From contig JAKLDR010000013.1 of the NCBI GenBank assembly GCA_022703445.1, forward strand, positions 2,599 through 66,598: a stretch of DNA of 64,000 nucleotides, in the 5' to 3' direction. Shown here piece by piece: positions 1 to 9,404 of the stretch. A program made the translations under genes and the position numbers. The notes under the pieces are model-generated. The model had not been told where the DNA came from, searched no databases, and saw only the letters and a program-made list of their open reading frames with translations. Every line of letters begins with the position of its first letter. Within the stretch, counting starts at the first letter, position 1. The stretch is from Planctomycetota bacterium. GTDB lineage: Bacteria; Planctomycetota; SZUA-567; JAKLDR01.

Positions 1-1103
1 AGCTCCAGGGACTTGCCGTCCGCGCCGACCTTGAGCACCGGGTCGGCCAGCTCCGCCCAGGCCGCGCCGCTGTCGGTCGAGATCTCCACCTTGGGTCTGC
101 CTTCGCCGGCCAGCGCGACCAGGACCTTGCTCTCCACCAGCACGTACGGGCACCAGGTGCGCAGGACGACCACCGCCGGCTCACCGTCCTTCTCGGCGAC
201 GATCTTGCCGCCGTCGAGCTTGACGTTCTTGGAGCCGAGCCAGAGCAACTCGGCGGCCTGCGCCGTCTTGAGGTCCGGCTTGTAGGTGAGGTGGCCGTTG
301 CCGTAGGTGATCTCCTTGGAGACGTTGATGGGTCCGGAGGCCACCGCCGTGTCCGGCATGGCTCCGAACTTGTACCACTTGCCCTCGTTGGCCGACGAGA
401 GCGTGATCTTCTCTCCGGAGCGCAAGGTGAGGTACATGGGGTGGCCCATCACTGCGCGGCGGTTGTACTGGTAGTTGTCCTTCTTGGAGAGGTAGAGGTC
501 CATCATCTTCGACGGCGGTCCCCAGGGCTCGAGCGGCTTCACCACCGCGTCGGGGGCGCCAAAGGGATAGAACGGGTCGGACTTCTCCTTGGGGGCGGTG
601 AGCAGCTTGGCGTCGTTGGAGAGCTCCTCCACCGAGGCGATCTGCCCGTCCTCCTTGCGGTGCCAGCCGCGCGCGTCGGCGTCGAGCATGTGCCAGGCTC
701 CGCCGTACTTGACCTCCGGGATGGAGTGCCCGGTGATGGTGTAGGAGCGGGTCTCGAAGCCGGCGGCCTCCCACAGGTCGGTGAGCACCGGGGCGTTCAC
801 GAAGCACGGGCCGAAGCCGTAGGAGTTGATGGCCTTGGCGAAGTCCCGGACGTACTCCGGCACGCACTCCTCCTTCGGCGGGTACCAGTGGTAATAGTGG
901 TCGAGCATGAAGCGCCAGCAGGCCACCGCCTTCTGCTCGTCGGTCATGTCGGGTTTGGTGATCTGCTTCACGACCGCCTCGGCCGAGGAGCAGTCGACCG
1001 TGCTGTCGGTGGTCACCCGCGGGTTGATCACCGCGGGCTGACCGGCCTGGGCCAGGACGCCGCTGAGGACCAGACTGCCGATTGCCAGTGCCAGTGAGCG
1101 CAT
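1..1103 (-). CDS. Secreted transglutaminase-like protein (partial; C-terminus lies beyond the left edge)
   Basis: Missing from the ORF track because no stop falls inside the window. The reverse strand from ATG 1103..1101 reads MRSLALAIGSLVLSGVLAQAGQPAVINPRVTTDS... (signal-peptide-like) and stays open to nt 1. The order GFGPCF...TGHS...WHMLDAD resembles a transglutaminase-core Cys/His/Asp arrangement. The family call is from memory and weak. Confidence 0.6.
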   Translation of the reverse strand, partial: MRSLALAIGSLVLSGVLAQAGQPAVINPRVTTDSTVDCSSAEAVVKQITKPDMTDEQKAVACWRFMLDHYYHWYPPKEECVPEYVRDFAKAINSYGFGPCFVNAPVLTDLWEAAGFETRSYTITGHSIPEVKYGGAWHMLDADARGWHRKEDGQIASVEELSNDAKLLTAPKEKSDPFYPFGAPDAVVKPLEPWGPPSKMMDLYLSKKDNYQYNRRAVMGHPMYLTLRSGEKITLSSANEGKWYKFGAMPDTAVASGPINVSKEITYGNGHLTYKPDLKTAQAAELLWLGSKNVKLDGGKIVAEKDGEPAVVVLRTWCPYVLVESKVLVALAGEGRPKVEISTDSGAAWAELADPVLKVGADGKSLE

Positions 1104-1120
1104 TGTCATTCTCCTGTCCG

Positions 1121-3916
1121 CTACTTGACCTCGACCTTGACCACGTTGCTGATCGGGCTCTCGTTGCTGCACTCGTCGCGGGCCTTGAGCGCGAAGTGGT
1201 AGGTGCCGGGCTTGAGGCCTTTGACCGTGAACTCTTCCTTCTCGCCGGCCTTCTTCGGGGCGGGCTCGCCGGCGACGTTCTCGGCCCCCCAGAAGGAGCA
1301 CTCCCCGCCGCCCTTGGCGAGCTCGACGATGGTGATATCCGACCACTTGACCTGGTAGACTGCCGCCTGGCCCTCGGTGCCGTCGTCGCCGGGCGCGGTC
1401 CAACTGAGCTTGGCCTCGCCGGCGCCGGCCGGCTCGGCGGTCAGGTCCTTGACCGCCGCGGGTGCGGCCTTGTCCGGCCGGAGCTTCATCCACAGGTACG
1501 CGTTGCAGCAGGGCATGTAGTCATCGTAGCCGCCGTCGCCGAGCTTGATGTACTTCTCGGGCTTCTCGCTAAGGTACTTCGGGTTGCCGGTCTGGTCCCA
1601 GGCGAACGCGTTCTGGACCGGGAACTTGCTCTTGGCGTCGGTCCGGCCCTGGGCCAGGCCTATGACCAGGTCGCGCATGCGCTCGTCGCCGGTGACGTTG
1701 TGGGCCAGCACCACCGAGCGGCTGAAGACGTTGTAGAACCAGTCGTTGCCGTAGTTGATGCGCGGCGTGCTGCGGTTGGCCCGGGCCACCTCCCAGAAGT
1801 TGTCCATGGCCTTGGCGACGTAGTCCCTGCACTCCTCCGAGCCGGTCAGGTCGTAGTAGCGCATCAGCGTCCGGAAGCACCAGCCGGTGTCCCGGCCGAT
1901 GCCGACCTTCTTGGTGCCCACGTAGGCCCCGCCGACCGCCGCGGCGTTGCGGGCGATCTCCAGCGCCCGGCTGTCGCCGAAGAGGCAGTACAGGTCGTAG
2001 TGCTCGTCGAGCCCCAGGTGCTCGGGGTTGGGCAGGTACCATTCGGTGCGGGCGTACTTGCCGGCGCTGTACTTCTTGAGCTCCTCGTCGTTGGGCGCCG
2101 CGCGCTTGCACCACTCCTCGCAGACGTTGTTGGCGCTGAAGCTGCCCCAGTCCTTGTACTCGAAGGGCTTGGTGCCCTGGATGTAGCAGGAGCGGATGTT
2201 GCGGGTGTGCATGTCCCGGCGCCAGCCGAACTCCATCCAGGTGGGATGCTGGGTGTTGATCGCCCGCCAGAGGTAGTTGGTCGACCAGATCGGCTCGTAG
2301 TTCCAGGGCGAGTGCCCGGCGTACTCCTCCCAGCGGCAGCCGAAGACCTGCCAGCCGTAGGCGTTGCCCTTGAGGTAGTCGGTGGTGAAGTAGCGCCGTT
2401 CGGTGACGGCCAGCGGGAAGCCGCTGTCGTCGTTGATGGTCGCGTAGGTCCCGATGTCGGCCAGCGCCCCGCAGGCCGCGTAGTGCTCGCGCGGGCACAG
2501 GGCGTAGAGCGGCGGATTGACGTTGTCGGCCACCACGTGCGGCCAGGGCCGGTCGCGGAGCAGGCCCTTCCACTGGCTGCGGGTCTGGTTGTCGCGGGCG
2601 TACTCGTAGCCCGGGGCCTTCTTCATCCCCCGGCCGTAGAAGAGCAGCCACAGCTCCTGGCCGGCCCCTCCCGCGTCCGGGAGCCAGTGGACGGCCTTGT
2701 ACTCGCGGGGCAGGATGCCGATCCGGACGGTGCCGTCGTGGGCCACCTCGATGGCCTTGGGGAACTGCTGCCAGAAGTAGCGGGGCACGATCACGGCGCC
2801 GAACTTCTCGCCGCCGACCGCCACCAGCCCGCGGGCCTGGTCGCCGGAGCCCAGGACCTTCTCGCCGGCCTTGCCCTTGAGGGTCATGCGGTAGCCGCGG
2901 AAGGAGCTGAGGTCGCCGGTGTCCTTGCCCTCGACGCCCGGGTTCACCTTCCAGGTCTCCGAGCCGTTGGAGTCCTGATAGATGACCGCGCTCTCGCCCT
3001 CGCGGAGTTCGTCGTCCACGGGGGCCACGCCGTACATCCGGAACATCACCAGCTTGGGCGCCTCCGGGTCGTCGGGCTTGACCTCCGGCTTGAGGTTGAG
3101 CCGGGTCACCAGCGAGAAGTCCTCGAAGGTCGGGCTGCCGATGGGCTGGGCGGAGGCGTTGTTGATGCAGGCGTCGAGCCGCACCAGGCTCTTGTTCGCG
3201 TAGAAGTGCATGCGCAGGTCGTAGCCGTACATCCCGCGGGAGTAGCCCTTGCCCTCCGGCGCCCGGTGCATGCCCCTGGCTACGATGCAGACCCGCACCG
3301 GGCCGGCCTCCTCGACCTTGACCTCGACCGTCCCCTCAGAGGAGAGGTACTTCTGGCCGAAGGTGTCCTCGACCACCGAGCCGGATGCCGGGTTCGGGCT
3401 GACCGCCTCCTCGTCATCGGAGAACTGTCCGTCGGCATTGAGGTCGATGCGCACGCGGTCGAAGAGGTTGAACTTCCTGCGGCTGATCGTGAACTGGGCC
3501 GGGCCGGTGGTCACGGTGATGGCCTCGTCGGTCTGCGCGACCTTGAGCGGCGAGTCGTAGTCCTTCTCCCGCCCGTCGGCCACGGTGAAGCTCTTGCGGT
3601 CGAAGTCGCCGACGCCGGTGTGGAAGTCGACCAGGGCCCAGCGCAGCGAGTTGTCCTTGTACCACCAGCGCGAGAGCTCCCGAAACTGGGCAACGACCTC
3701 CTTGCCGTCAGCGTCGAGCAGCCGGAGCGTCTTGGCGTCCTTGACCTGCCCGGGCAGGAAGGGCACGCCGATGGTCACGCACTCGGGGCCGCGGCCCTGG
3801 CCGGCGGTCTCGCTGACGGTCAGCGGGATCTTGAGCTCTCCGGCGGAGGAGCCGGTCCCCATACACGCCGCGACCAGCACCGCCGCCAGGCCTGCGTAAG
3901 TCCGTGTCCGTCTCAT
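1121..3916 (-). CDS. Large secreted polysaccharide-active protein (PcRGLX/YetA-like lyase/hydrolase candidate) with C-terminal fibronectin type III domain
   Basis: ORF 1121..4096. I moved the start to internal ATG 3916 because MRRTRTYAGLAAVLVAACMGTGSSAGE is a signal peptide and the upstream 60 residues look non-coding. The N-terminal IPLTVSETAGQGRGPECVTIGVPFLPGQ and the ~930-aa size recall PcRGLX-like proteins (memory-based, unverified). The last ~110 aa (LSWTAPGDDG..YQVKWS..KPGTYHFALKARD) are FN3-like. Confidence 0.6.
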   Translation of the reverse strand: MRRTRTYAGLAAVLVAACMGTGSSAGELKIPLTVSETAGQGRGPECVTIGVPFLPGQVKDAKTLRLLDADGKEVVAQFRELSRWWYKDNSLRWALVDFHTGVGDFDRKSFTVADGREKDYDSPLKVAQTDEAITVTTGPAQFTISRRKFNLFDRVRIDLNADGQFSDDEEAVSPNPASGSVVEDTFGQKYLSSEGTVEVKVEEAGPVRVCIVARGMHRAPEGKGYSRGMYGYDLRMHFYANKSLVRLDACINNASAQPIGSPTFEDFSLVTRLNLKPEVKPDDPEAPKLVMFRMYGVAPVDDELREGESAVIYQDSNGSETWKVNPGVEGKDTGDLSSFRGYRMTLKGKAGEKVLGSGDQARGLVAVGGEKFGAVIVPRYFWQQFPKAIEVAHDGTVRIGILPREYKAVHWLPDAGGAGQELWLLFYGRGMKKAPGYEYARDNQTRSQWKGLLRDRPWPHVVADNVNPPLYALCPREHYAACGALADIGTYATINDDSGFPLAVTERRYFTTDYLKGNAYGWQVFGCRWEEYAGHSPWNYEPIWSTNYLWRAINTQHPTWMEFGWRRDMHTRNIRSCYIQGTKPFEYKDWGSFSANNVCEEWCKRAAPNDEELKKYSAGKYARTEWYLPNPEHLGLDEHYDLYCLFGDSRALEIARNAAAVGGAYVGTKKVGIGRDTGWCFRTLMRYYDLTGSEECRDYVAKAMDNFWEVARANRSTPRINYGNDWFYNVFSRSVVLAHNVTGDERMRDLVIGLAQGRTDAKSKFPVQNAFAWDQTGNPKYLSEKPEKYIKLGDGGYDDYMPCCNAYLWMKLRPDKAAPAAVKDLTAEPAGAGEAKLSWTAPGDDGTEGQAAVYQVKWSDITIVELAKGGGECSFWGAENVAGEPAPKKAGEKEEFTVKGLKPGTYHFALKARDECSNESPISNVVKVEVK

Positions 3917-4112
3917 GGCGTTTCCTCTCTTACGGGGAGTCTGCCCGCACGATTGTATGGTTGAGCGATCAAGCAACAAGGGGCAATACCCCGGACGTGA
4001 ACAAGGGTTCACGGCAAAGAGGTCCTGCCCTTGCGGCGTCGCCCGTACAATGCGATACTGCTTCCGGAGAGAGGAATCGCGCGTGAGCCAGGGCAATCGG
4101 GTCTTCGACGTG

Positions 4113-4388
4113 ATGCGGGGCTTCCGGGCCGGGGCCTACGGGCTGCAGCTGTGGCTCGGCGGCCTGGGACTGCTCCTGACGGCGGCCGCAGCAACAGCCG
4201 CCGTCCTGGGCGGGCTGCCGGTCCACTTCGCGGCCGGCGCCCTGCTGATGGCTCTGGTGTCGATCCCCTGGGCGCTGGTCTGGCGCCGGCGGGTCGAGCG
4301 GGCCTTCTGGCAGGATGCGCGCGTGCCGAGACGCGGCAGACCGGTCCGGCTCCCCTTGGCGGCGGATGAGGAGCCGGAGCGCCCGTGA
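4113..4388 (+). CDS. Small membrane protein (two predicted TM helices)
   Basis: This is the tail of ORF 3915..4388, starting at ATG 4113 (alternative GTG 4083). It has hydrophobic stretches LQLWLGGLGLLLTAAAATAAVLGGL and AAGALLMALVSIPWALVW. Its stop overlaps the next gene's GTG start (GTGA at 4385..4388). Confidence 0.5.
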   Translation: MRGFRAGAYGLQLWLGGLGLLLTAAAATAAVLGGLPVHFAAGALLMALVSIPWALVWRRRVERAFWQDARVPRRGRPVRLPLAADEEPERP

Positions 4389-6436
4389 GCTCCTACGGCC
4401 GGCTCTTCGCGGGACCCGGCCGCGCCGGGCGGCCGCACGGACGGGTGGCCGCCGACTGGCGAGAGTGCCGCGACGCCGACTTCATCCGCGCCCTGCGGCC
4501 GGCCTCCCCGCGGCTGGCCGGGGCCCGCCGGCTCTGGAGCGTGGACCCCGAAGCCGCCCGCCGGTTGGTGGTTGAGCACTTCCTGCTCAGGCGCTCGCCG
4601 CGCTGGGCCTTCGACTTCCGAAGCCGTCGCGCGCAGCGTGTGCCCAGCCGGAACTTCTTCTTCGGAGAAAGCGTGGGCCCGGAACAGGCCCGGCGCGCGC
4701 TCGGCTACGAGTTCTACGACTACAACCTTTCCGGCAACTACCACCGGCTGACCCCGGCGGTGGACTGGGACCGCTCCCGCGTGCGGGAACTGGGCTCGGC
4801 CGGCTGGCTGACCATGTCCTTCGCATACTGGGCGCTCTTCCCGGCCGCCGGCTTCGCCATGAGCCGGGACCTGCGCCACGCCCGGGTCTTCGAGCGCTGC
4901 TGGCGCCGCTGGCTGGAGGACTTCCCCACGCGCGCGACCGACGCCGGGCTGTCCGGCTGGGGGGATTTCAACACCCTGGACCCGTCCGGGATCGACATCT
5001 TCATGAACGTCGGCCGGCGCGCGCTGGTGCTCACTGACGTCCTCTACTCCGGACTGCTCGGAGCGGTTCCGAACGCCACAGCCTTCGAGGTGCTCAAGTA
5101 CCTCTGGTTCGTTGCCGGGCTCTTCCGGACGGCGCACCGGGCCAAGGCCGGGGATGGCGGCCCGTTCCGGAAGGGCAATCACAACCTCTTCGACCTGGGC
5201 ACGGTGCCGTTCTGTTTGGGGACCATGTTTCCCGAATTCGAAGGTGCGGCCGGACTGGCCCGCGCCGGCCGCGGCGTGATCCGGGCCCACGCGGCCGACC
5301 AGGAGCGCGGGGCGGTGCGCGCCGACGGCACCAGCTGGGAGCACTCCTCCCGCTATGCCTGGTACGCGGCCGGCATGTTCCGCCAGGCGCTCGAGGTCGC
5401 ACGGCTCAACCGCCGGCCGCTCCTGAGCCCCGGCGAGGAACGCCGGGTGCGCAGGTTCCTCGAGCACTTCGCGGATCTCTCCGCCCCCGACGGCCGCCTG
5501 GTCCCCTACGGGGACTGCCAGCCTCCGCCGCGCGGCGCGCAGCTGGAGCCGGCCCGGTCGCTGTGGAGCGGGACCGGCGCCGAGGCCGCCGCCCGACGTC
5601 TCGGCGCGGTCACCGAGTGCAGCGCCCCGTCCCGCCGTCGCTCCCCGAAGCCGGCCGAGCCACTGAGGCTCTCTCGGCATCTGCCGGCCAGTGGCATCCT
5701 GACGGCTCGGACCGGATGGGGCTCGCACGACTCGATGCTCTTCGTCACCGCCGACCCGCGCGCGAGCCACTCGGGACACAGCCACCACGATTTCGGCTCC
5801 TTCCAGCTCTGGGCCGACGGCGCGCCGCTCTTCTACGACGCGGCCACCTGGGCATACCGCATCGACGAGATCGTCCCGGCCGAGCGCGGCTACTACTACT
5901 CGGCCTTCAGTCACAACCTGCTCACCGTGGAGGGCTACCGGCCGGCGGCGGTCTTCCGGGCGATGGGCGACGTCCGGGACTGGTGGGGCGATCCGGAGGG
6001 CCCGCCCGCCCGGACGGAGCTCGTGCACCTTGACGGGCCGCGCGGCGAGATGGTGGTGAGCCACGGGGCCTTCCCGGGCATGAAGGTCACCCGACGCTAC
6101 CGCTTCGACCTGTCCAGGCGGTGGCTCGAGATCCGCGACACCGTGGAGCCTGCCGATGCCCAGCCGCGGACCTTCCGGCAGTGGCTGCACCTGGGCTTCG
6201 GCGCCCGGGCCGTACGGTTGCCCGGAAGGGCGCTGCGCGTCCGGCTCGGCGGGACCGAGGCGGTCTGCCGCTGGACGGCGAGCCAGCCAGCCCGCATAAT
6301 CCTGGAGCGCAGCCGGGAGGTCGAGCGCACCGCGCGGGTCTTCCGGCTGGGCGCGCCGCTGCGCTCCTGCGCAGAGGTTCGGTCGCGCGAGCGGAGGCTG
6401 GAGATCGCCTGCCGGATCGAATGGCGGCGGCCGTAG
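4385..6436 (+). CDS. Heparinase II/III-like polysaccharide lyase family protein
   Basis: 683-aa ORF. The C-terminal half carries SHSGHSHHDFGSFQLWADGAPL, the His/Asp-GSF signature I associate with the heparinase II/III C-terminal domain. The N-terminal half is helical, like alginate-lyase-type toroids. Confidence 0.75.
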   Translation: MSSYGRLFAGPGRAGRPHGRVAADWRECRDADFIRALRPASPRLAGARRLWSVDPEAARRLVVEHFLLRRSPRWAFDFRSRRAQRVPSRNFFFGESVGPEQARRALGYEFYDYNLSGNYHRLTPAVDWDRSRVRELGSAGWLTMSFAYWALFPAAGFAMSRDLRHARVFERCWRRWLEDFPTRATDAGLSGWGDFNTLDPSGIDIFMNVGRRALVLTDVLYSGLLGAVPNATAFEVLKYLWFVAGLFRTAHRAKAGDGGPFRKGNHNLFDLGTVPFCLGTMFPEFEGAAGLARAGRGVIRAHAADQERGAVRADGTSWEHSSRYAWYAAGMFRQALEVARLNRRPLLSPGEERRVRRFLEHFADLSAPDGRLVPYGDCQPPPRGAQLEPARSLWSGTGAEAAARRLGAVTECSAPSRRRSPKPAEPLRLSRHLPASGILTARTGWGSHDSMLFVTADPRASHSGHSHHDFGSFQLWADGAPLFYDAATWAYRIDEIVPAERGYYYSAFSHNLLTVEGYRPAAVFRAMGDVRDWWGDPEGPPARTELVHLDGPRGEMVVSHGAFPGMKVTRRYRFDLSRRWLEIRDTVEPADAQPRTFRQWLHLGFGARAVRLPGRALRVRLGGTEAVCRWTASQPARIILERSREVERTARVFRLGAPLRSCAEVRSRERRLEIACRIEWRRP

Positions 6437-6455
6437 GACGCGGAGGCCCTGAGGC

Positions 6456-7100
6456 ATGTTCACCGGGATCGTCGAGTCGGTCGGGAAGCTCCTGGCCGTC
6501 GAGCCGCGCGGCGGCGCGCTGCGCCTGGCCGTGGACCTCGGCGGGCTCGCCGAGGGCACCAAGCTCGGCGACAGCATCGCCGTCTCCGGGCCGTGCCTGA
6601 CCGTGGCGGAACTCTCCGGCTCGGTGGCGCGCTTCGACGCGGTGGCCGAGACCGTTGCCAGGACCACCATGAAGGACTGGCGCGCCGGGCGGCCGGTCAA
6701 CCTTGAGCGCGCGGTCGCGGCCGGCGCGCGCCTCGGCGGACACTTCGTGACCGGGCACATCGACGGGCGCTCGAGGGCGATCGCCGTCCGCAAGGTCGGC
6801 GGGGGGCTGGAGATCGACTTCAGCATCCCGGCGGGCTCGGCGCGCTACGTCGCCGAGAAGGGCTCGGTCGCGCTCGACGGCGTCAGCCTGACGGTGGCCC
6901 GGCTCCTGTCCGAGGAGGCCTTCCGGGTCGCGCTCATCCCCCACACCCTCGGCGCCACCACGCTCGAGGCGCTCCGCGCCGGCGACGAGGTCAACTTCGA
7001 GGCCGACATCCTGGCGCGCTACGCGGCGCGGATCATGGGGCGCGACGCGGCGGGCGGCCCCCTCACCGAGGAGAAGCTCCGCGCCCAGGGATTCATCTGA
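6456..7100 (+). CDS. ribE: Riboflavin synthase alpha chain
   Basis: MFTGIVESVGKL... N-terminus, internal repeat (second GHFVTGHIDG... half), 214 aa. This is the classic riboflavin synthase layout. Confidence 0.95.
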   Translation: MFTGIVESVGKLLAVEPRGGALRLAVDLGGLAEGTKLGDSIAVSGPCLTVAELSGSVARFDAVAETVARTTMKDWRAGRPVNLERAVAAGARLGGHFVTGHIDGRSRAIAVRKVGGGLEIDFSIPAGSARYVAEKGSVALDGVSLTVARLLSEEAFRVALIPHTLGATTLEALRAGDEVNFEADILARYAARIMGRDAAGGPLTEEKLRAQGFI

Positions 7101-7119
7101 GCCCACGGGAGAACACAGG

Positions 7120-7533
7120 ATGGACACGCACGGCGCACCCACCGGGGACCCGGAGGGCGAACTGCGGGGCTCGCCCTATGCGCAGTTTCAGAACGACGAG
7201 CTGATCCTGCGCGACGAACTGGCCATCGACCGGACCCTGCTGGCCAACGAGCGGACGCTGCTGGCCTATCTGCGCTCGGCCATCGGCCTGCTCATCGCCG
7301 GCGTCACCATAATGCACTTCGGCCAGGAGGGCTGGTTCTGGGGAGTCGGGGTGGGCTGCCTCCCGTGCGGAGTCGTCGCCGGGGTGATAGGCATCATCAG
7401 GTTCCGAAGCATGGACAGGTCCATCTCGCAGCTCAGAGTGCGTCCGGAAGCCCGGGCCGGACAGGCCGGGGACGCGGCCCGGCCGGGCGCAGGGCGCGGC
7501 GACGCAGGCGGTGCGACGGGGAACCGCTGCTGA
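7120..7533 (+). CDS. DUF202 (YidH-like) membrane protein
   Basis: LRDELAIDRTLLANERTLLAYLRSAIGLLIAG is the DUF202 hallmark, followed by a second TM segment. Confidence 0.8.
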   Translation: MDTHGAPTGDPEGELRGSPYAQFQNDELILRDELAIDRTLLANERTLLAYLRSAIGLLIAGVTIMHFGQEGWFWGVGVGCLPCGVVAGVIGIIRFRSMDRSISQLRVRPEARAGQAGDAARPGAGRGDAGGATGNRC

Positions 7534-7566
7534 GGAGCCGCAGCGCCGCCAACCCCCGGGGCGTTC

Positions 7567-7594
7567 TTGACAGCGGCCGGGACCGCCCTATAGT
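7567..7594 (+). promoter_or_regulatory. Sigma70-type promoter candidate TTGACA-N16-TATAGT
   Basis: TTGACA at 7567..7572, a 16-nt spacer, and TATAGT at 7589..7594, in the 68-nt gap after the DUF202 gene. The ATG at 7602 lies only 7 nt past the -10 element. Confidence 0.45.
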
Positions 7595-7601
7595 CGCCGC
7601 A

Positions 7602-7877
7602 ATGCCCGCGTTCAGGAATCCCAGACGCATGGCCAAAGCCGTGGCCTTCGGCGGCCTCTCGCTGCTGTCCTACGCGCTGGTCTTCGTCTTTCAGGACCGG
7701 GTGATGGACTACACGACCCGCGGGGCCGGCCACGCCGTCCTGCCGGTCCTGGGCGTCCTCTACTTCTCGCTGATCCACGGGGCTTTCGCCAGCAACCTCA
7801 TCGCCCTCTTCGGCGTCGAGGCCGCCGGCCGCAGGCGGGAGGGCGGCGGGGACCGGCAGGAACCGGACAGCCGATGA
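7602..7877 (+). CDS. Small membrane protein
   Basis: Internal ATG 7602 of ORF 7365..7877 (alternative ATG 7629). Two hydrophobic helices (AVAFGGLSLLSYALVFVF and VLPVLGVLYFSLIHGAF). The stop overlaps the next start (ATGA at 7874..7877). Confidence 0.55.
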   Translation: MPAFRNPRRMAKAVAFGGLSLLSYALVFVFQDRVMDYTTRGAGHAVLPVLGVLYFSLIHGAFASNLIALFGVEAAGRRREGGGDRQEPDSR

Positions 7878-9229
7878 AGCACGTCCCGGCCCTTGCGGCC
7901 ATCCTTGGCGCCATCTTCCTGTCCTGCGGCGCGCAGACGGCGCTGGCGGGGGACGGGTCCGGCGGCGGACGGAGCCGGAGCGGCTTCATCACCGAGGTCG
8001 ACGCCGTCGAGCGCACGGCGCTGTTCAGGGCCGATCGGTCCGCGGAACCGGTCAGGCTGAAGATCGACGACGCGCTTGACCCCCGCAATATCCCGGAGGG
8101 CCGGAAGGTCCTGGTCCACACCCGGACGGACCAGGGCGTCGAGAGGATCCAGAGCGTCTCGGCCATGTTCCTCGACCTGGGCCTGGATACGGTCTGCGCC
8201 CTGCTGGCCATCGGCTTCGTGGGCGGGATGCTCAGCGGCTTCATCGGCTCGGGCGGGGCCTTCGTGCTCACCCCCAGCATGATGTCCATGGGCGTGCCCG
8301 CCGCCGTGGCGGTGGCCAGCAACATGTGCCACAAGTTCCCCAAGGCGCTGGTCGGCGCCTACAAGCGGCACAAGTACGGACAGGTGGACCTCAAGCTGGG
8401 ACTGGTGCTGGCCGCCTCGGCCGTCGCCGGGGTGCAGATCGGCATACGCATCCAGGAGGCGGTGCTGAACCGGTGGGGCGGGGCCGGCTCGAACCTCTAC
8501 GTCAGCCTGGTCTTCGTCGCCGTGCTGGTCGTCGTCGGCTGCGTGGTGACCCGCGACGCCTGGCGCCTGTCCCGCGGTCGCGTCGCCGGACAGACCCACC
8601 GGATAGCCCGGTTCCTGCAGGGCCTGAAGATCCCCCCGATGATGCACTTCCGGACCGCCGGCGTGTCCGCCTCGGCCTGGATCACCATCCCCATAGGCCT
8701 GGGCACCGGCGTCCTGGCCGCCACCATTGCCGTCGGCGGCTTCATCGGCGTGCCCGGCATGATCTACCTGCTCGGCGTCAGCGCCATGGTGGCCAGCGCC
8801 ACCGAGCTGGTGGTGGCCTTCGCCATGGGACTGTGGGCCTCGGTCCAGTGGGGCCTCGACGGGATGATCGACGTGCGGCTGGCCCTGCTGCTCCTGGCCA
8901 CCTCGCTGATCGGCGTGCAGCTCGGCGCCCTGGGCACGACCTACGTCAAGGACCACGTCATCAAGCTGGTGATGGGCGTGGTCACGCTGATCGTGGCGGT
9001 GAGCCGCGCGGCCAAGGTGCCGGTCTACCTCGCGGACCTGGACAGCGTGGCCCTCGGCCCCGGGACCCGTTCCGTCCTGAACTCTTTCAGCTTCTGGACG
9101 CTCGTGGCCGCGCTGGCGGTGGCGGGGGTCATGATCTCGTGGGCGCTGATCACCGGCATCCGGCGGGCCCGGCAGGGCCAGAAGCCGGAACACGACCCCC
9201 TGGTGGACGCGGAGCCATCCGAGGACTGA
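7874..9229 (+). CDS. TSUP (TauE/SafE) family anion permease with N-terminal signal peptide and extra periplasmic segment
   Basis: 451 aa with repeated glycine-rich TM motifs (GFVGGMLSGFIGSGGAFVLTP, VGGFIGVPGMIYLLG) typical of the TauE/SafE family. Confidence 0.85.
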   Translation: MKHVPALAAILGAIFLSCGAQTALAGDGSGGGRSRSGFITEVDAVERTALFRADRSAEPVRLKIDDALDPRNIPEGRKVLVHTRTDQGVERIQSVSAMFLDLGLDTVCALLAIGFVGGMLSGFIGSGGAFVLTPSMMSMGVPAAVAVASNMCHKFPKALVGAYKRHKYGQVDLKLGLVLAASAVAGVQIGIRIQEAVLNRWGGAGSNLYVSLVFVAVLVVVGCVVTRDAWRLSRGRVAGQTHRIARFLQGLKIPPMMHFRTAGVSASAWITIPIGLGTGVLAATIAVGGFIGVPGMIYLLGVSAMVASATELVVAFAMGLWASVQWGLDGMIDVRLALLLLATSLIGVQLGALGTTYVKDHVIKLVMGVVTLIVAVSRAAKVPVYLADLDSVALGPGTRSVLNSFSFWTLVAALAVAGVMISWALITGIRRARQGQKPEHDPLVDAEPSED

Positions 9230-9404
9230 CCCGACGCGCCTCAGCCCGAAACAGCCCAGACGTCGACCCCGCGGGGGTAACCCCATGGCTGGGTTGCCCT
9301 TGAGGCCAGCCCAGGTGCGGTACGGACTCGGGGCGCACTGGGGACGGGGCGCTGGCGTTTTCTCCCTTGCCCCGGGCCGGCCCGGCGGCTATCGTTGCCG
9401 GGCG

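Noticed and set aside
1082-3964. 960-aa plus-strand ORF, plus nested ORFs 1569..2651 and others, opposite the secreted FN3 protein
   Set aside because: This is an antisense shadow ORF. It has Ala/Gly/Arg/Val/Leu/Pro-dominated low-complexity sequence, no motifs, and complete overlap with a minus-strand gene that has a signal peptide and domain-like sequence.
3917-4096. N-terminal extensions given by the ORF track: 3917..4096, 9285..9404, 30276..30575, 31427..31747, 34391..34774, 35854..36105, 37519..38268, 55315..56136 and others
   Set aside because: The extensions overlap the upstream gene or read as Arg/Gly/Pro junk. Internal starts coincide with signal peptides, canonical N-termini, SD sequences or 4-nt stop/start overlaps.
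6437-6455. Looked for an FMN riboswitch upstream of ribE
   Set aside because: Only 19 nt separate ribE from the preceding gene, and no FMN-aptamer-like sequence is present.
4136-6826. 896-aa minus-strand ORF spanning the heparinase-like gene and the start of ribE
   Set aside because: This is a shadow ORF in high-GC DNA. It is Arg/Pro/Gly-rich and crosses a gene boundary, while the plus-strand genes carry clear family signatures.
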